Assembly (NCBI GenBank): GCA_045803545.1
Contig: JBJMOW010000004.1
Location: 416,001-480,000 of the forward strand
DNA length: 64,000 nt
Direction of reading: 5' to 3'
Origin: Gemmatimonadaceae bacterium
GTDB taxonomy: Bacteria; Gemmatimonadota; Gemmatimonadetes; Gemmatimonadales; Gemmatimonadaceae
In this document: in pieces, positions 1 through 9,212 of the stretch
How the letters are laid out: each line of letters begins with the position of its first letter
How positions within the stretch are numbered: position 1 is the stretch's first letter
Translations under genes and position numbers: made by a program
Notes under the pieces: model-generated
Told to the model about the DNA's origin: nothing
What the model saw: only the letters and a program-made list of their open reading frames with translations
Database searches by the model: none

Positions 1-1
1 T

Positions 2-583
2 CAGTCGCCATTGATGACTGCGCCCGACAACATCGACCCAAGCGCCCTTGGCGCGATGGGTTACAGAAAGCCGGCGGCCGTGCTGCTAACGCTTCGTAAC
101 CATGTCGTCGGCGCGAACGCGTTTGACACTGCGTTCCGCGAATACATCCGCGCCTGGGCGTTCAAGCACCCTACGCCGGGTGATTTCTTCCGCAATATCG
201 AGAATTCGACCGGCGAGGATCTGTCCTGGTTCTGGCGTGGCTTCTTTTATACCACCGACGTGCTCGACATCGGCATCGACAGCGTCGGCATGCGGACGTC
301 GGACGGGGAGCAATTCGCGGTGGTCGCCCTTCGCCGGCACACGTCCATCCCGTTCCCAGTCAGGCTGCGCATCGCCTTCGCTGACGGCACGACCGAGGAC
401 GTCAATCTGCCCGTCAATATCTGGGCACGCGGCAACCGCTTCGAAGCGGTGATCCCGGCCAGGGCAAAGGTTGTCGGCGTAAGATTGTGGCCCGACCCCT
501 CGGTGCCCGACTGGAATTCTTCCAACGACACGTGGGGGAATCCGCCGTCAGGAAATCCCGCAGGGCCAGTTACGAGAAAATGA
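2..583 (+). CDS. M1 family aminopeptidase, C-terminal part (5' truncated by window edge)
   Basis: Frame is open from the window start. The sequence Y-x-K-x-A-x-x-L-x-x-L-R...F..A.REY...WAFKHPTP.DFFR.IE...GEDLSWFW is typical of the M1 peptidase C-terminal half. Confidence 0.8.
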   Translation, partial: QSPLMTAPDNIDPSALGAMGYRKPAAVLLTLRNHVVGANAFDTAFREYIRAWAFKHPTPGDFFRNIENSTGEDLSWFWRGFFYTTDVLDIGIDSVGMRTSDGEQFAVVALRRHTSIPFPVRLRIAFADGTTEDVNLPVNIWARGNRFEAVIPARAKVVGVRLWPDPSVPDWNSSNDTWGNPPSGNPAGPVTRK

Positions 584-657
584 TGTGGTCGTTTGGAATA
601 GGAGTACCGTGCGATAGATTGCAGTCGTTCAAACAGTATCAGGGAGAGGAGCAAGTA

Positions 658-1407
658 ATGCCGGATTTTGGAAGTTGGGCGTCAGCGTGGTGGAAGCCAG
701 TGCTGTTCATCATCGTTGCCGGACACCTCACGAATGTGTCAGTTACTCTGTTCTTGCATAGAGCGCAAACCCACCGCGGTGTGAAACTTCATTACCTCGC
801 TGCGCTTCCAATGCGTATTTGGCTGTGGCTGTCGACGGCGATCGTCACCAAGGAGTGGGTCGCCTGTCATCGGAAACATCACGCGTTTGCGGACCGCGAA
901 GGCGATCCGCATAGCCCGTTAATGGAAGGCCTGCGGAACATCGTGCTCAAGGGCGCCTTCTACTATAGAAAGACTGTTCGCCAGCCTGGCGTCCTCGACA
1001 AGTACGGTAAGGGCACGCCTAACGACTGGCTCGAGAGGCATCTGCTGTCGCCGCTCAACTGGCTGGGTATCGTCATCATGATGGGCGTCGACATTTATCT
1101 GTTTGGCTTCTTCGTCGGCCCACTCGTTTGGGGGATCCAGATGATCTGGATTCCGTTCTGGGCCGCTGGAATCGTGAACGGTATCGGACACGCAGTCGGC
1201 TATCGGAACTTCAACGTGAAGGATGAGAGCCGAAACATCTCACCGATCGCGATCTGGCTGGGTGGCGAAGAGCTGCACAACAACCATCACGCTGATCCAC
1301 ACTCGGCGAAGTTCAAGGCAAAGTGGTATGAATTCGACATCGGCTGGGCATACCTGCGGTTACTTTCCTTCTTCGGCCTCGCTGAGATCGGATACGCGCG
1401 CAATTAG
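658..1407 (+). CDS. Membrane fatty-acid (delta-9 acyl-CoA type) desaturase
   Basis: Three His boxes (HRAQTH, HRKHH, HNNHH), DPHSP and hydrophobic segments. The start was moved to ATG 658 because an AGGAG SD lies just upstream. Confidence 0.9.
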   Translation: MPDFGSWASAWWKPVLFIIVAGHLTNVSVTLFLHRAQTHRGVKLHYLAALPMRIWLWLSTAIVTKEWVACHRKHHAFADREGDPHSPLMEGLRNIVLKGAFYYRKTVRQPGVLDKYGKGTPNDWLERHLLSPLNWLGIVIMMGVDIYLFGFFVGPLVWGIQMIWIPFWAAGIVNGIGHAVGYRNFNVKDESRNISPIAIWLGGEELHNNHHADPHSAKFKAKWYEFDIGWAYLRLLSFFGLAEIGYARN

Positions 1408-1415
1408 AGGTTCGC

Positions 1416-1697
1416 GTGGCTGAGACTGTAACCTGCGCGCGTTGTGGGCAAACGCGCGCAGGGTTCGTTAGGCCTCCCTTCCCCGGACAAATCGGGGCTC
1501 GCGTCGTCGAAGAGATCTGCCAGCAGTGCTGGGCCGACTGGCTCAAGCAGCAGACGATGCTGATCAATCACTACGGTTTGAACGTGATGGATCCCCAGGC
1601 GCGCACTTTCCTGACGCGGAATCTCGACGCCTTTCTCTTCAAGAGCGGATCGTCGTCCGACATCGACACGAGCAAAAAGGGCACGATCTCCCACTGA
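1416..1697 (+). CDS. yggX: Fe(II)-trafficking / oxidative damage protection protein YggX
   Basis: PFPG..G..V...IC..CW..W...QTMLIN.Y.LN..DP.AR.FL signature; GTG start. Confidence 0.85.
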   Translation: MAETVTCARCGQTRAGFVRPPFPGQIGARVVEEICQQCWADWLKQQTMLINHYGLNVMDPQARTFLTRNLDAFLFKSGSSSDIDTSKKGTISH

Positions 1698-1708
1698 GGA
1701 CGCGGAAG

Positions 1709-3475
1709 TTGAAAAAGTTCGCCGCTTTACTTCTGCTTTTTCTGGGCGCCGGCTGCGCAACGCTAAGTACCGGCAACACTTCCAACGCAAAAACAACATC
1801 GCCAGCGTGGACCGATTCGGTCATGCGCTCAATGACCTTGCGCGAAAAAGTAGCGCAGCTGATCTGGCCGAGTGTGTTTGGCGATTACGTATCGGGCGAT
1901 TCGCCGCAGTGGCGACGGCTCTCACAATACGTTCAGCAGGAGAAAGTTGGGGGGTTCACGATCTCGGTAGGATCTCCAATCGAGCTCGCGGCGAAGCTTA
2001 ATGCGCTGCAATCGATGAGTAAGGTGCCGCTCCTTATTGGTGCGGACCTCGAGGCAGGCGCCGGGTTCCGTGCTCGCGGTGGCTATTTCGTGCCCAACGC
2101 CATCGACCTCGGTGGCGCTCTGGTTTTTCCGCCAGAGATGGGCCTTGGCGCGACTCGCGATACGACGCTCGCTTACGAGCAGGGACGCCTGACCGCGCAG
2201 GAAGGCCGCGCACTGGGAATACACATCGCATACGCGCCGGTTCTGGACGTCAACAACAATCCGGCGAACCCCGTCATCAACACGCGATCCTATAGCGAGG
2301 ATCCAGCGCTGGCGGCCCGGATGGGCGTTGCGTTCATTCACGGACTGCAGGATCACGGCATGATCGCGACAGGAAAACATTTCCCCGGACACGGCGATAC
2401 TGGCGTCAACTCGCATTTGGCATTGCCGGTGGTGACGGTGAGCAGGAGCCGGCTCGACACCGTGGAGCTGGTGCCGTTTCGCGCTGCCGTGAAAAGCGGC
2501 GTCGGCGCAATCATGTCATTCCATGGCGCGATGCCGGCGCTGGATTCATCGGGCGTTCCCGGGACGCTGTCGCCGAAGGTTGTGACGGGGCTTTTGCGGG
2601 GGGAGATGGGATTCCGCGGGATCATCATCTCCGATGCGATGGACATGCGTGGAGTGCTCGATCAGTTCGGTGCTGACGAAGCGGCAAAGCGCGCGGTTGC
2701 CGCCGGAATCGACGTTTTGATTCAGCCGCTGGATGTTTCGACGACGATCGACGCAGTGATTGCCGGCATCGGTGAAGGCAGGTACACCGAAGCGCGTGTC
2801 GATTCATCCGTTCGACGGGTGCTGGAGACCAAACGGAAGCTCGGTCTGGCGCAGAGCAAGCTGGTTGATCTCAACGCTTTACGTTTTGCGGTTGGCGACA
2901 GTGTCGATGCCCAGGTCGCGCGCCGTGCTGCTGAGAAATCGATCACGCTCGTTCGCGACTCGACGCGACAGGTTCCGGTGCTCGATTCGACGAAGAGAGT
3001 TTTGTCGATAACGATCGCACGACGTGCTGATCTCTCGGCGGGAAACTCATTCAACGCCGAAATGCGCCCGCGGCTGCCAAAACTGCGGACGGAGTTCACC
3101 TCGACTGAGGATGCGACACTGAACTATCCACGACTGTTAGCGGCGGCTGACTCGGCGGACGTCGTCATTGTCGGATCATATGTCGGACAGAGCTGGGACG
3201 CCGTGACTGCAAGCGCGCCGGAGGCATTCACCAGTTTCCTCCATACGCTGGTGTCGCGTGGGAGAAAACCGATTGTTGTCGCGTTCGGTAATCCATATCT
3301 GCTTCAACAGCTTCCCTGGATCGGAACGTATCTGGTGGCGTGGGGCGGATTTCCTGTTTCACAAGTTGCAGCGGCAAGAGCGCTGACGGGAATCGCGCCG
3401 ATCACAGGGCGATTACCGATCAGTATTCCGCCCTATGCGGTGATCGGAACTGGCGAAGAAAGACCGGCGCGTTGA
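1709..3475 (+). CDS. GH3 beta-N-acetylglucosaminidase, predicted lipoprotein
   Basis: KHFPGHG-D...SH NagZ-type motif, APVLDVN, and SDAMDM containing the nucleophile. TTG 1709 gives a signal peptide with lipobox LGAGC. Confidence 0.85.
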   Translation: MKKFAALLLLFLGAGCATLSTGNTSNAKTTSPAWTDSVMRSMTLREKVAQLIWPSVFGDYVSGDSPQWRRLSQYVQQEKVGGFTISVGSPIELAAKLNALQSMSKVPLLIGADLEAGAGFRARGGYFVPNAIDLGGALVFPPEMGLGATRDTTLAYEQGRLTAQEGRALGIHIAYAPVLDVNNNPANPVINTRSYSEDPALAARMGVAFIHGLQDHGMIATGKHFPGHGDTGVNSHLALPVVTVSRSRLDTVELVPFRAAVKSGVGAIMSFHGAMPALDSSGVPGTLSPKVVTGLLRGEMGFRGIIISDAMDMRGVLDQFGADEAAKRAVAAGIDVLIQPLDVSTTIDAVIAGIGEGRYTEARVDSSVRRVLETKRKLGLAQSKLVDLNALRFAVGDSVDAQVARRAAEKSITLVRDSTRQVPVLDSTKRVLSITIARRADLSAGNSFNAEMRPRLPKLRTEFTSTEDATLNYPRLLAAADSADVVIVGSYVGQSWDAVTASAPEAFTSFLHTLVSRGRKPIVVAFGNPYLLQQLPWIGTYLVAWGGFPVSQVAAARALTGIAPITGRLPISIPPYAVIGTGEERPAR

Positions 3476-3561
3476 CGATTCGAATTTTCGGTCTTATATC
3501 AAGGATTCCCGCCGCCGCAGTTTTTTTACTCGGCAATTCTCACTAAAATTTTCGCGCATCC

Positions 3562-3588
3562 TTGACTTTAGTCGCCAATGGTGACTAA
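3562..3588 (+). promoter_or_regulatory. -35 TTGACT plus adjacent 21-bp palindrome TTAGTCGCCAATGGTGACTAA (candidate NrtR autoregulatory operator)
   Basis: Palindrome at 3568-3588 with one mismatch in its 10-bp arms, 12 bp before the regulator ATG. Confidence 0.6.
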
Positions 3589-3600
3589 TTCGCTGTCACA

Positions 3601-4272
3601 ATGCGCGAACGCTCATCCCGAACCAGCTCATTCACTGTAGATGTGGTGCTGGTTACCGCGATGCGAAACGAGTTAGCGGTGTTGCTGACGCGTAACGTTA
3701 GCGAACGAGAGCGATGGTCGTTGCCGTGGAAGTATGCTCAGGCGGGGGAATCGCTCGATATTGTCGCGGCAAAGTGCGGCGACGAAGCGTTGGGTGAACA
3801 GCCAGCCTGGATCGAGCAAATCGGCGCCTTTGGTGACGGAAGGCGCCACCCAGGCGACACCGAGATGTCAGTCGCATTTGTGGGATTGGTGCCACACGAG
3901 ACCGCATCACCCCGCACCGGCTACACCTGGTTCCCGATGTCCGACCTGCCCGCGCTTTCCCCGCGGCAACGCGCGATGGTCGAAGCCGCAACGCGCGTCA
4001 TGCAAGGCAGACTCGATCAGGCTCCGATTGCCTTCCGTCTGCTGCCGACCACTTTCACACTGAGCGAGCTGCAACAGATGTATGAGCTCCTGCTCGGTAA
4101 ACGCTTGCACAAGGCCAGTTTCCGTCGTGCCCTTCAGGCCGCTTGGCTCGTCGAAGCTACGGACGAATGGCGCAGTGAAGGCCGAGGAAGACCCGCGCAG
4201 CTTTTTCGTTATCTACCGAAGAAAAAGCGTAGGCCGCACCGTGGTGTGAGATTTGATTTCCTCTATCCATAA
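3601..4272 (+). CDS. nrtR: NrtR-family Nudix-related transcriptional regulator
   Basis: Degenerate Nudix N-domain (TVDVV...W.LP...GESL) plus C-terminal wHTH: LP..FTLSELQ..YE.LLG..L.K..FRR...GRPAQLFR. Confidence 0.85.
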   Translation: MRERSSRTSSFTVDVVLVTAMRNELAVLLTRNVSERERWSLPWKYAQAGESLDIVAAKCGDEALGEQPAWIEQIGAFGDGRRHPGDTEMSVAFVGLVPHETASPRTGYTWFPMSDLPALSPRQRAMVEAATRVMQGRLDQAPIAFRLLPTTFTLSELQQMYELLLGKRLHKASFRRALQAAWLVEATDEWRSEGRGRPAQLFRYLPKKKRRPHRGVRFDFLYP

Positions 4273-4386
4273 CGAGTAACGAGTTTCCGTCAACTCACGA
4301 CGGGCCTCGGAACTACTTGCGGGCGCGGTGTATTAGTTGCAATGTGTACATAAGGCCAAACACCTGAACCCGGGGGCCTGATCACA

Positions 4387-4695
4387 ATGCTGGCGTATCT
4401 CGATAGCTTGTGCGCAGCACTACTCGCTCGAGACAGTGCGGAGATTCAGCGGCTGCTTTCCCTGCCAGCCGCTCGAGATCTTCCACGTCGAGTGCGCGAA
4501 GAGGCAGTCGCCATCTCGCGCGCGGGCAACAGAAGTTTCATGGCTCCGATCCACGCGCTCCATTTCTACTACAAGCTCACTCACATGGTTGACGAGTCGA
4601 GCGATCCAATCTTCGGCGACGCCGGGAAGCATGGCGATACCCAGGATGTTCAGATGGAGCTACCGCTCCGCAAAGTAGGGAACGGCGGGCGCTAA
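4387..4695 (+). CDS. Hypothetical protein (102 aa)
   Basis: ATG-started ORF filling the gap between nrtR and ligD; no motif recognised. Confidence 0.55.
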   Translation: MLAYLDSLCAALLARDSAEIQRLLSLPAARDLPRRVREEAVAISRAGNRSFMAPIHALHFYYKLTHMVDESSDPIFGDAGKHGDTQDVQMELPLRKVGNGGR

Positions 4696-4735
4696 GCGCT
4701 AAACCAGCGCGAGAATTCTTATGGAGCGTATGCGC

Positions 4736-7498
4736 TCAAACGAGCGCACGCAGCGAGTTTTTCTTCTTCATCGCTTCGCTCCAGATATCTCCGATCCTCT
4801 CAAATCTGTCGGCGGCATTGCCAAGGTTGAAATCGCGGGGATCGAGATCGTCGGTAAGCTCGTTCCAGCGTAACGGCGTTGACACCGTGGCCCCGGGTTT
4901 CGCACGTACGCAATAAGGTCCGGCTACCGTTTTCCCCTGAATATTCTGCAGGTAGTCGACGTATACCATCGCGGCGCCGCGCGCTTTTACCATTCGCTCG
5001 ATCGTAGCTTCCTTCGGATGCCCGGAGGCGACTTTGGTCGCGATCACCTGGGCCACCAGCGTTGCCGCTTCGTTCGGCGTGCGCGGTGGTAGCGGTAGAT
5101 AGATGTGTAATCCTTCCGAGCCGGAAGTCTTGATCGCTGCGTGAAGACCGAAGCCATCGATTACTTCCTTTGCCCACTGTGCGACTTCCACCACGCGCTG
5201 AAAGTTGGCGCGTGGTCCGGGATCCAGATCGATGATGGTGTAGTCCGCAAACTCCAATGTCGGGACATGTGAATGCCAGGGATCGACTGAGATGGCTCCG
5301 AGCTGAATCGTATAGAGAAGCGTCAACAGATCTCCGCCGATGTAGCGCGGCTGCTTCTCGCCATTATCCGTGATTATTTCCTCGACCCGTATTTCCGGCG
5401 GTGTTGTCTCCGATGCCTTCTGCTGATAGAAACTTTGGGCATCGATTCCGTTGGGGAAGCGCTTGAGCACCAGCGGCCGATCCTTCATCGTCGGCAGGAT
5501 CAGGTCAGCGATGCGGACGTAGTACCGCATCACATCTCCTTTAGTGTATTTCGCCTTGGGAAAGAAGACTTTGTCGAGGTTTGAAACCTTGAGCGTTTTA
5601 CCGCCGCCAAGTTCAAGCGTGGCATCGCCCCGGCGCTTTTCGATGTCTTCCAGCTGCTCAACGATGGCTCCGGTGTCGAGCTTCGCTGCACGTTTCCGTG
5701 GCATCCTGCGCGAAGCGCTCGCCGCTCGCGAATCTTCATGCCTGGCTACTACTGGGGCGTTGCCTGGTTTTTTTTGCACGCTTTTCCCTTCGATGCCGAC
5801 CTCTCGCGCATCCTTGTCATCTCGAACACCAAGAAATATTGGCTGACGCAGACGGCGGTCGGCTGTCCATTCGCTGAATTTCACTTCGACGACGACTTTC
5901 GGGTCCACCCAGTGAGCTTTCTCGTTGGTTTTGGGTGTTTCTGAGAAAGGAGAAGTCTTGCGCTCGAGCGGCTTGAGCCGCTGGTACATGTCGCCGAGTC
6001 CCTGTCGTGAGAAGCCGCCGCCGGTGTGACCAGCGTAAATCAGCCGATCCTTGTCGAAGTAGCCAAGGAGAATCGCGCCGATGTGCTCGCGACTATTGCG
6101 CGGCTCGGTGTAGCCGCCGACGACGAATTCCTGGCGGAATTCGATCTTCAGCTTCAGCCAATGCTTCGATCGATTTCCGGGCTCATATCGTGAGTCGACG
6201 CGCTTCGCGATGACGCCCTCCCATCCTTGCTTGCGTGCTTGTTCCAGCATCTTCCTGCCGTTGCCTTCGACCGACTCCGTTACGCGCAGCTGCGGGGTGA
6301 CGTGCTTGGCAACGCGTTTGACCAGTCGCTCGCGGCGGACCGACCATGGCTCGTGGAGCAGCACCTCATCGCCGTCCATCAGGATGTCGAACAAAATCAG
6401 CGCTGCCGGTGTTGAGGATGTGTGCCGCTCGATGATTTGCGTGTCCTTGACGTGCATGCGGCTCTGAAGCTCCTGGAAGCGAGCCGGCTCTCCGTCGATG
6501 AGAGCAACGATTTCACCGTCGACTACAAGCGGTCTCTTGAGTTGCGCAGAAAGCTTCTTGAGGGCAGTTACGATCTCGGGGAATTGCTTCGCTTTCTCCT
6601 TCCCGTTGCGCGTGATGAGTTTCACATCATCCGCGGTTGCGTAAGCCAGCACCCGTACGCCGTCGTACTTGGGCTCGAAAGTCCATCCATCCCCCGGAAT
6701 CTCGGTCCCGATGCTGGCGTACATCGGCTCGAGCGACGACGGCATTTTCGCAGGAGCCTTCTCTGAAGCTGCTCGCGCTGCAACACCACGAGTAGCTGAC
6801 CGCGTCGAAACAACTTTCGCCTTCGGCTCCCGGTTGCTGTGCCAGACGCGACCCCTGCCCTCGGCGATTTCGTCCATTGTGCGCCCGCTGTCGACCGACG
6901 TCATGTTGTCACCGACAACGTCGTCAGTGGTCGCGTACTCGTCGCGGTGTTTGATCAGCAGCCACTGAGGTTTCGAGGAGCTGGAGGCATCTCGCGAGTA
7001 CTTCATACGGATCAATGCAAACGATCCGTGCAGTCGCTCGCCATGGAACGTGATTTTGAGATCGCCTTTTTTCAGCTGGTCGCGGAGCACGTCCTCTTCG
7101 TCGTCGGAAGAGGCTGCAGTGTCAGACGAGAAGGTGCCGCGATCCCAAAGCATGACGGTGCCACCACCGTATTGGCCCTTCGGGATCGTGCCCTCGAAGG
7201 TGTTGTAGTCGATCGGGTGATCTTCGACCTGCATCGCGAGTCGCTTCACCGCCGGATCGAGGCTGGGCCCTTTCGGCACCGCCCAGCTTTTCATTACGCC
7301 ATCGAGCTCGAGTCGAAGATCGAAATGCAGGTGACTGGCGGCGTGTTTCTGAATGACGAAGCGAAGGCGTCCGGCGCGAGCCGGTTTTGCGGGCTTCTCG
7401 CCCGACGGTTCTTCAGTGCGACTGAAATCACGCTTGCGTCGATACTCGGTGAGCTGCGAGCGCGCGTTCGCGGTACTGCCAGCCGACTTTACAGCCAT
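4736..7498 (-). CDS. ligD: NHEJ DNA ligase D (phosphoesterase-ligase-polymerase)
   Basis: PE motifs QKH.A..LH.D.RLE and SWAVPKGPS; ligase motif I EPKYDG and EGVIAK; primase-type polymerase SN.DKV.F, DLDP and KTSG..G.H. Confidence 0.97.
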   Translation of the reverse strand: MAVKSAGSTANARSQLTEYRRKRDFSRTEEPSGEKPAKPARAGRLRFVIQKHAASHLHFDLRLELDGVMKSWAVPKGPSLDPAVKRLAMQVEDHPIDYNTFEGTIPKGQYGGGTVMLWDRGTFSSDTAASSDDEEDVLRDQLKKGDLKITFHGERLHGSFALIRMKYSRDASSSSKPQWLLIKHRDEYATTDDVVGDNMTSVDSGRTMDEIAEGRGRVWHSNREPKAKVVSTRSATRGVAARAASEKAPAKMPSSLEPMYASIGTEIPGDGWTFEPKYDGVRVLAYATADDVKLITRNGKEKAKQFPEIVTALKKLSAQLKRPLVVDGEIVALIDGEPARFQELQSRMHVKDTQIIERHTSSTPAALILFDILMDGDEVLLHEPWSVRRERLVKRVAKHVTPQLRVTESVEGNGRKMLEQARKQGWEGVIAKRVDSRYEPGNRSKHWLKLKIEFRQEFVVGGYTEPRNSREHIGAILLGYFDKDRLIYAGHTGGGFSRQGLGDMYQRLKPLERKTSPFSETPKTNEKAHWVDPKVVVEVKFSEWTADRRLRQPIFLGVRDDKDAREVGIEGKSVQKKPGNAPVVARHEDSRAASASRRMPRKRAAKLDTGAIVEQLEDIEKRRGDATLELGGGKTLKVSNLDKVFFPKAKYTKGDVMRYYVRIADLILPTMKDRPLVLKRFPNGIDAQSFYQQKASETTPPEIRVEEIITDNGEKQPRYIGGDLLTLLYTIQLGAISVDPWHSHVPTLEFADYTIIDLDPGPRANFQRVVEVAQWAKEVIDGFGLHAAIKTSGSEGLHIYLPLPPRTPNEAATLVAQVIATKVASGHPKEATIERMVKARGAAMVYVDYLQNIQGKTVAGPYCVRAKPGATVSTPLRWNELTDDLDPRDFNLGNAADRFERIGDIWSEAMKKKNSLRALV

Positions 7499-7507
7499 GT
7501 GTGAAGC

Positions 7508-8365
7508 TTAAGCAGTTTTCTTTTTGCGCGGCTTCGCTGGTTTGCGGGTGGCAGCGACTTCCTTGGACTTCGCCCGGACCGCTCCCTTCTTGTTCGTGCC
7601 TTCCTCGAGACTCGCGCGCAGCTTGGACATCAAGTCAAGCACACCGCTGTCCGGCGTTTCTTCCCGGGGACCCTCGAGCTTGGCCGTCTTTCCTTTCATC
7701 TTCGCCTTGATGATGCGCATCAGGTTTGCGCGATAGTCATCGGTGTATTTTGCCGGGTCGAACTGCTCAGCGAGATTCGTGACCAGCTGCTCGGCCATCT
7801 GCAGCTCCTGCGGTCGGACGACTTCCGCGCTCGGAAAGCTGAACTCATTTATATCTACGAGCTCGTTCGCGAAGCGCATTATCTCGAGCACTAACGCCTC
7901 GCCGACGACCTTTATGCCGACGAGATGCTGGGTTTGGCGAATGATGATTTTGCCGATGCCGACCGAATTCGTTTGGCGGATCGCCTCACGCAGCAGGGCG
8001 TATGGTTTTTCACCGCCTTTGGCGGGAACGAGATAGTAAGGAGTCTCGAAATAGCGCGGGTCGATCTCTTCCTGTTGGACGAAGTCGAGAATGTCGATCG
8101 TCTTGGACTGCTCGACGGCCGCGGCCTTGAAATCTTCGTCGGTCATCACGACGAATCGACCCTTCTCGAATTCGTAGCCTTTTACGATCTCGTTCCAGGG
8201 CACAGGCTCACCATCCGCCTGGCAGACGCGCTCGTACTTCACGGGAGAGAGATCTTCTTCGTGAAGGAGCCGGAAACTGATATGATCCGCGCGCACGGCG
8301 GTTTTCAGCTCGACGGGGATATTGACGAGGCCGAATGTCAGTGAGCCTTTCCAAATCGCGGCCAT
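7508..8365 (-). CDS. ku: NHEJ DNA end-binding protein Ku
   Basis: IWKG...FGLV.IPV and IVKGYE, DYR..L, LM..LRASL; basic C-terminal tail; directly upstream of ligD. Confidence 0.97.
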   Translation of the reverse strand: MAAIWKGSLTFGLVNIPVELKTAVRADHISFRLLHEEDLSPVKYERVCQADGEPVPWNEIVKGYEFEKGRFVVMTDEDFKAAAVEQSKTIDILDFVQQEEIDPRYFETPYYLVPAKGGEKPYALLREAIRQTNSVGIGKIIIRQTQHLVGIKVVGEALVLEIMRFANELVDINEFSFPSAEVVRPQELQMAEQLVTNLAEQFDPAKYTDDYRANLMRIIKAKMKGKTAKLEGPREETPDSGVLDLMSKLRASLEEGTNKKGAVRAKSKEVAATRKPAKPRKKKTA

Positions 8366-8408
8366 CTCTACCCCTCCGAGTCCGAGTGAGTGAAACAGTG
8401 TGCATCAA

Positions 8409-8424
8409 AGCAAATCAAATGCCG
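8409..8424 (-). promoter_or_regulatory. Candidate sigma54 (-24/-12) promoter for ku-ligD
   Basis: The minus strand reads CGGCAT-TTGAT-TTGCT (GG-N10-GC), 43 bp before the ku ATG. Confidence 0.55.
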
Positions 8425-8460
8425 AGTGTGGAAAGTCAGCTTTGTGATACCGCTGGATGC

Positions 8461-8489
8461 AAAAAAGCCCCGTTGGAGAACGGGGCTTT
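8461..8489 (-). terminator. Intrinsic terminator of the cold-shock gene
   Basis: GCCCCGTT/AACGGGGC stem with a 4-nt loop, followed by T6 on the minus strand. Confidence 0.85.
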
Positions 8490-8509
8490 AGCAAACCACG
8501 AACGAATTA

Positions 8510-8719
8510 TCAGCCGGGTTTGGTAACGTCGGCGGCTTGAGGTCCTTTCTGTCCCTGGACGACCTCGAATTCTACTTTGTCGCCCTCCGCGAGAGATTTG
8601 AAACCAGAGCCTTGGATCGCGCTGAAATGGACGAAGACATCGGGTCCACCTTCTCGCGAAATGAAGCCAAAGCCTTTGGCGTCGTTAAACCATTTTACCG
8701 TTCCAGTGATTCTTGCCAT
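8510..8719 (-). CDS. Cold-shock protein (CspA family)
   Basis: GTVKWFN..KGFGFI (RNP1) and VFVHFS (RNP2); 69 aa from ATG 8719 with a GGAGAGG SD. Confidence 0.97.
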   Translation of the reverse strand: MARITGTVKWFNDAKGFGFISREGGPDVFVHFSAIQGSGFKSLAEGDKVEFEVVQGQKGPQAADVTKPG

Positions 8720-8881
8720 TGAACTATCCTCTCCCAACAGGGCATTTCGTAGAGCGTCTACCGTAGGCGAGCGAAATGCAATCGCGCCTTCCGCCACACC
8801 GAATAGTAACCCGATTGATGTACTATCCCTAAGGCAGTGCCCTGAGGGGGGCAAGTTTTGTGCAAGAAATCGAAGCTGGGG

Positions 8882-9091
8882 TTACGCAGCGCCCGCCACG
8901 TAATGTGCTGAGCGACCGCAGTTCTGGCAGCGAAGGGTGACGTGGGTGTAGGGAGGCGGCGGCACTTGGCGCGGATCGCGCTCGATTATGCCGGAGCAGG
9001 ATGGACAGCTGAGAGGAGATCCGCTACGGTCGTTACTGATAAGAAACAGTGCCTGAGCGGGGTTGTACGCGTTCGGACGTGGCTTGCGCAT
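8882..9091 (-). CDS. Small zinc-ribbon protein (69 aa)
   Basis: CPSC...CQNC pairs; GGAGAG SD before ATG 9091. Confidence 0.65.
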   Translation of the reverse strand: MRKPRPNAYNPAQALFLISNDRSGSPLSCPSCSGIIERDPRQVPPPPYTHVTLRCQNCGRSAHYVAGAA

Positions 9092-9212
9092 GAGCTCTCC
9101 GTGCAACAAAGCGGCGCTGTTCGGTTGGCGTCGCATATGGTTTTTTTGACGGCACCCTTGAGGAAGAAGAGCCATCGAGATTCATGAGCGGCTCGGTGCA
9201 GGGCTGACGCTG

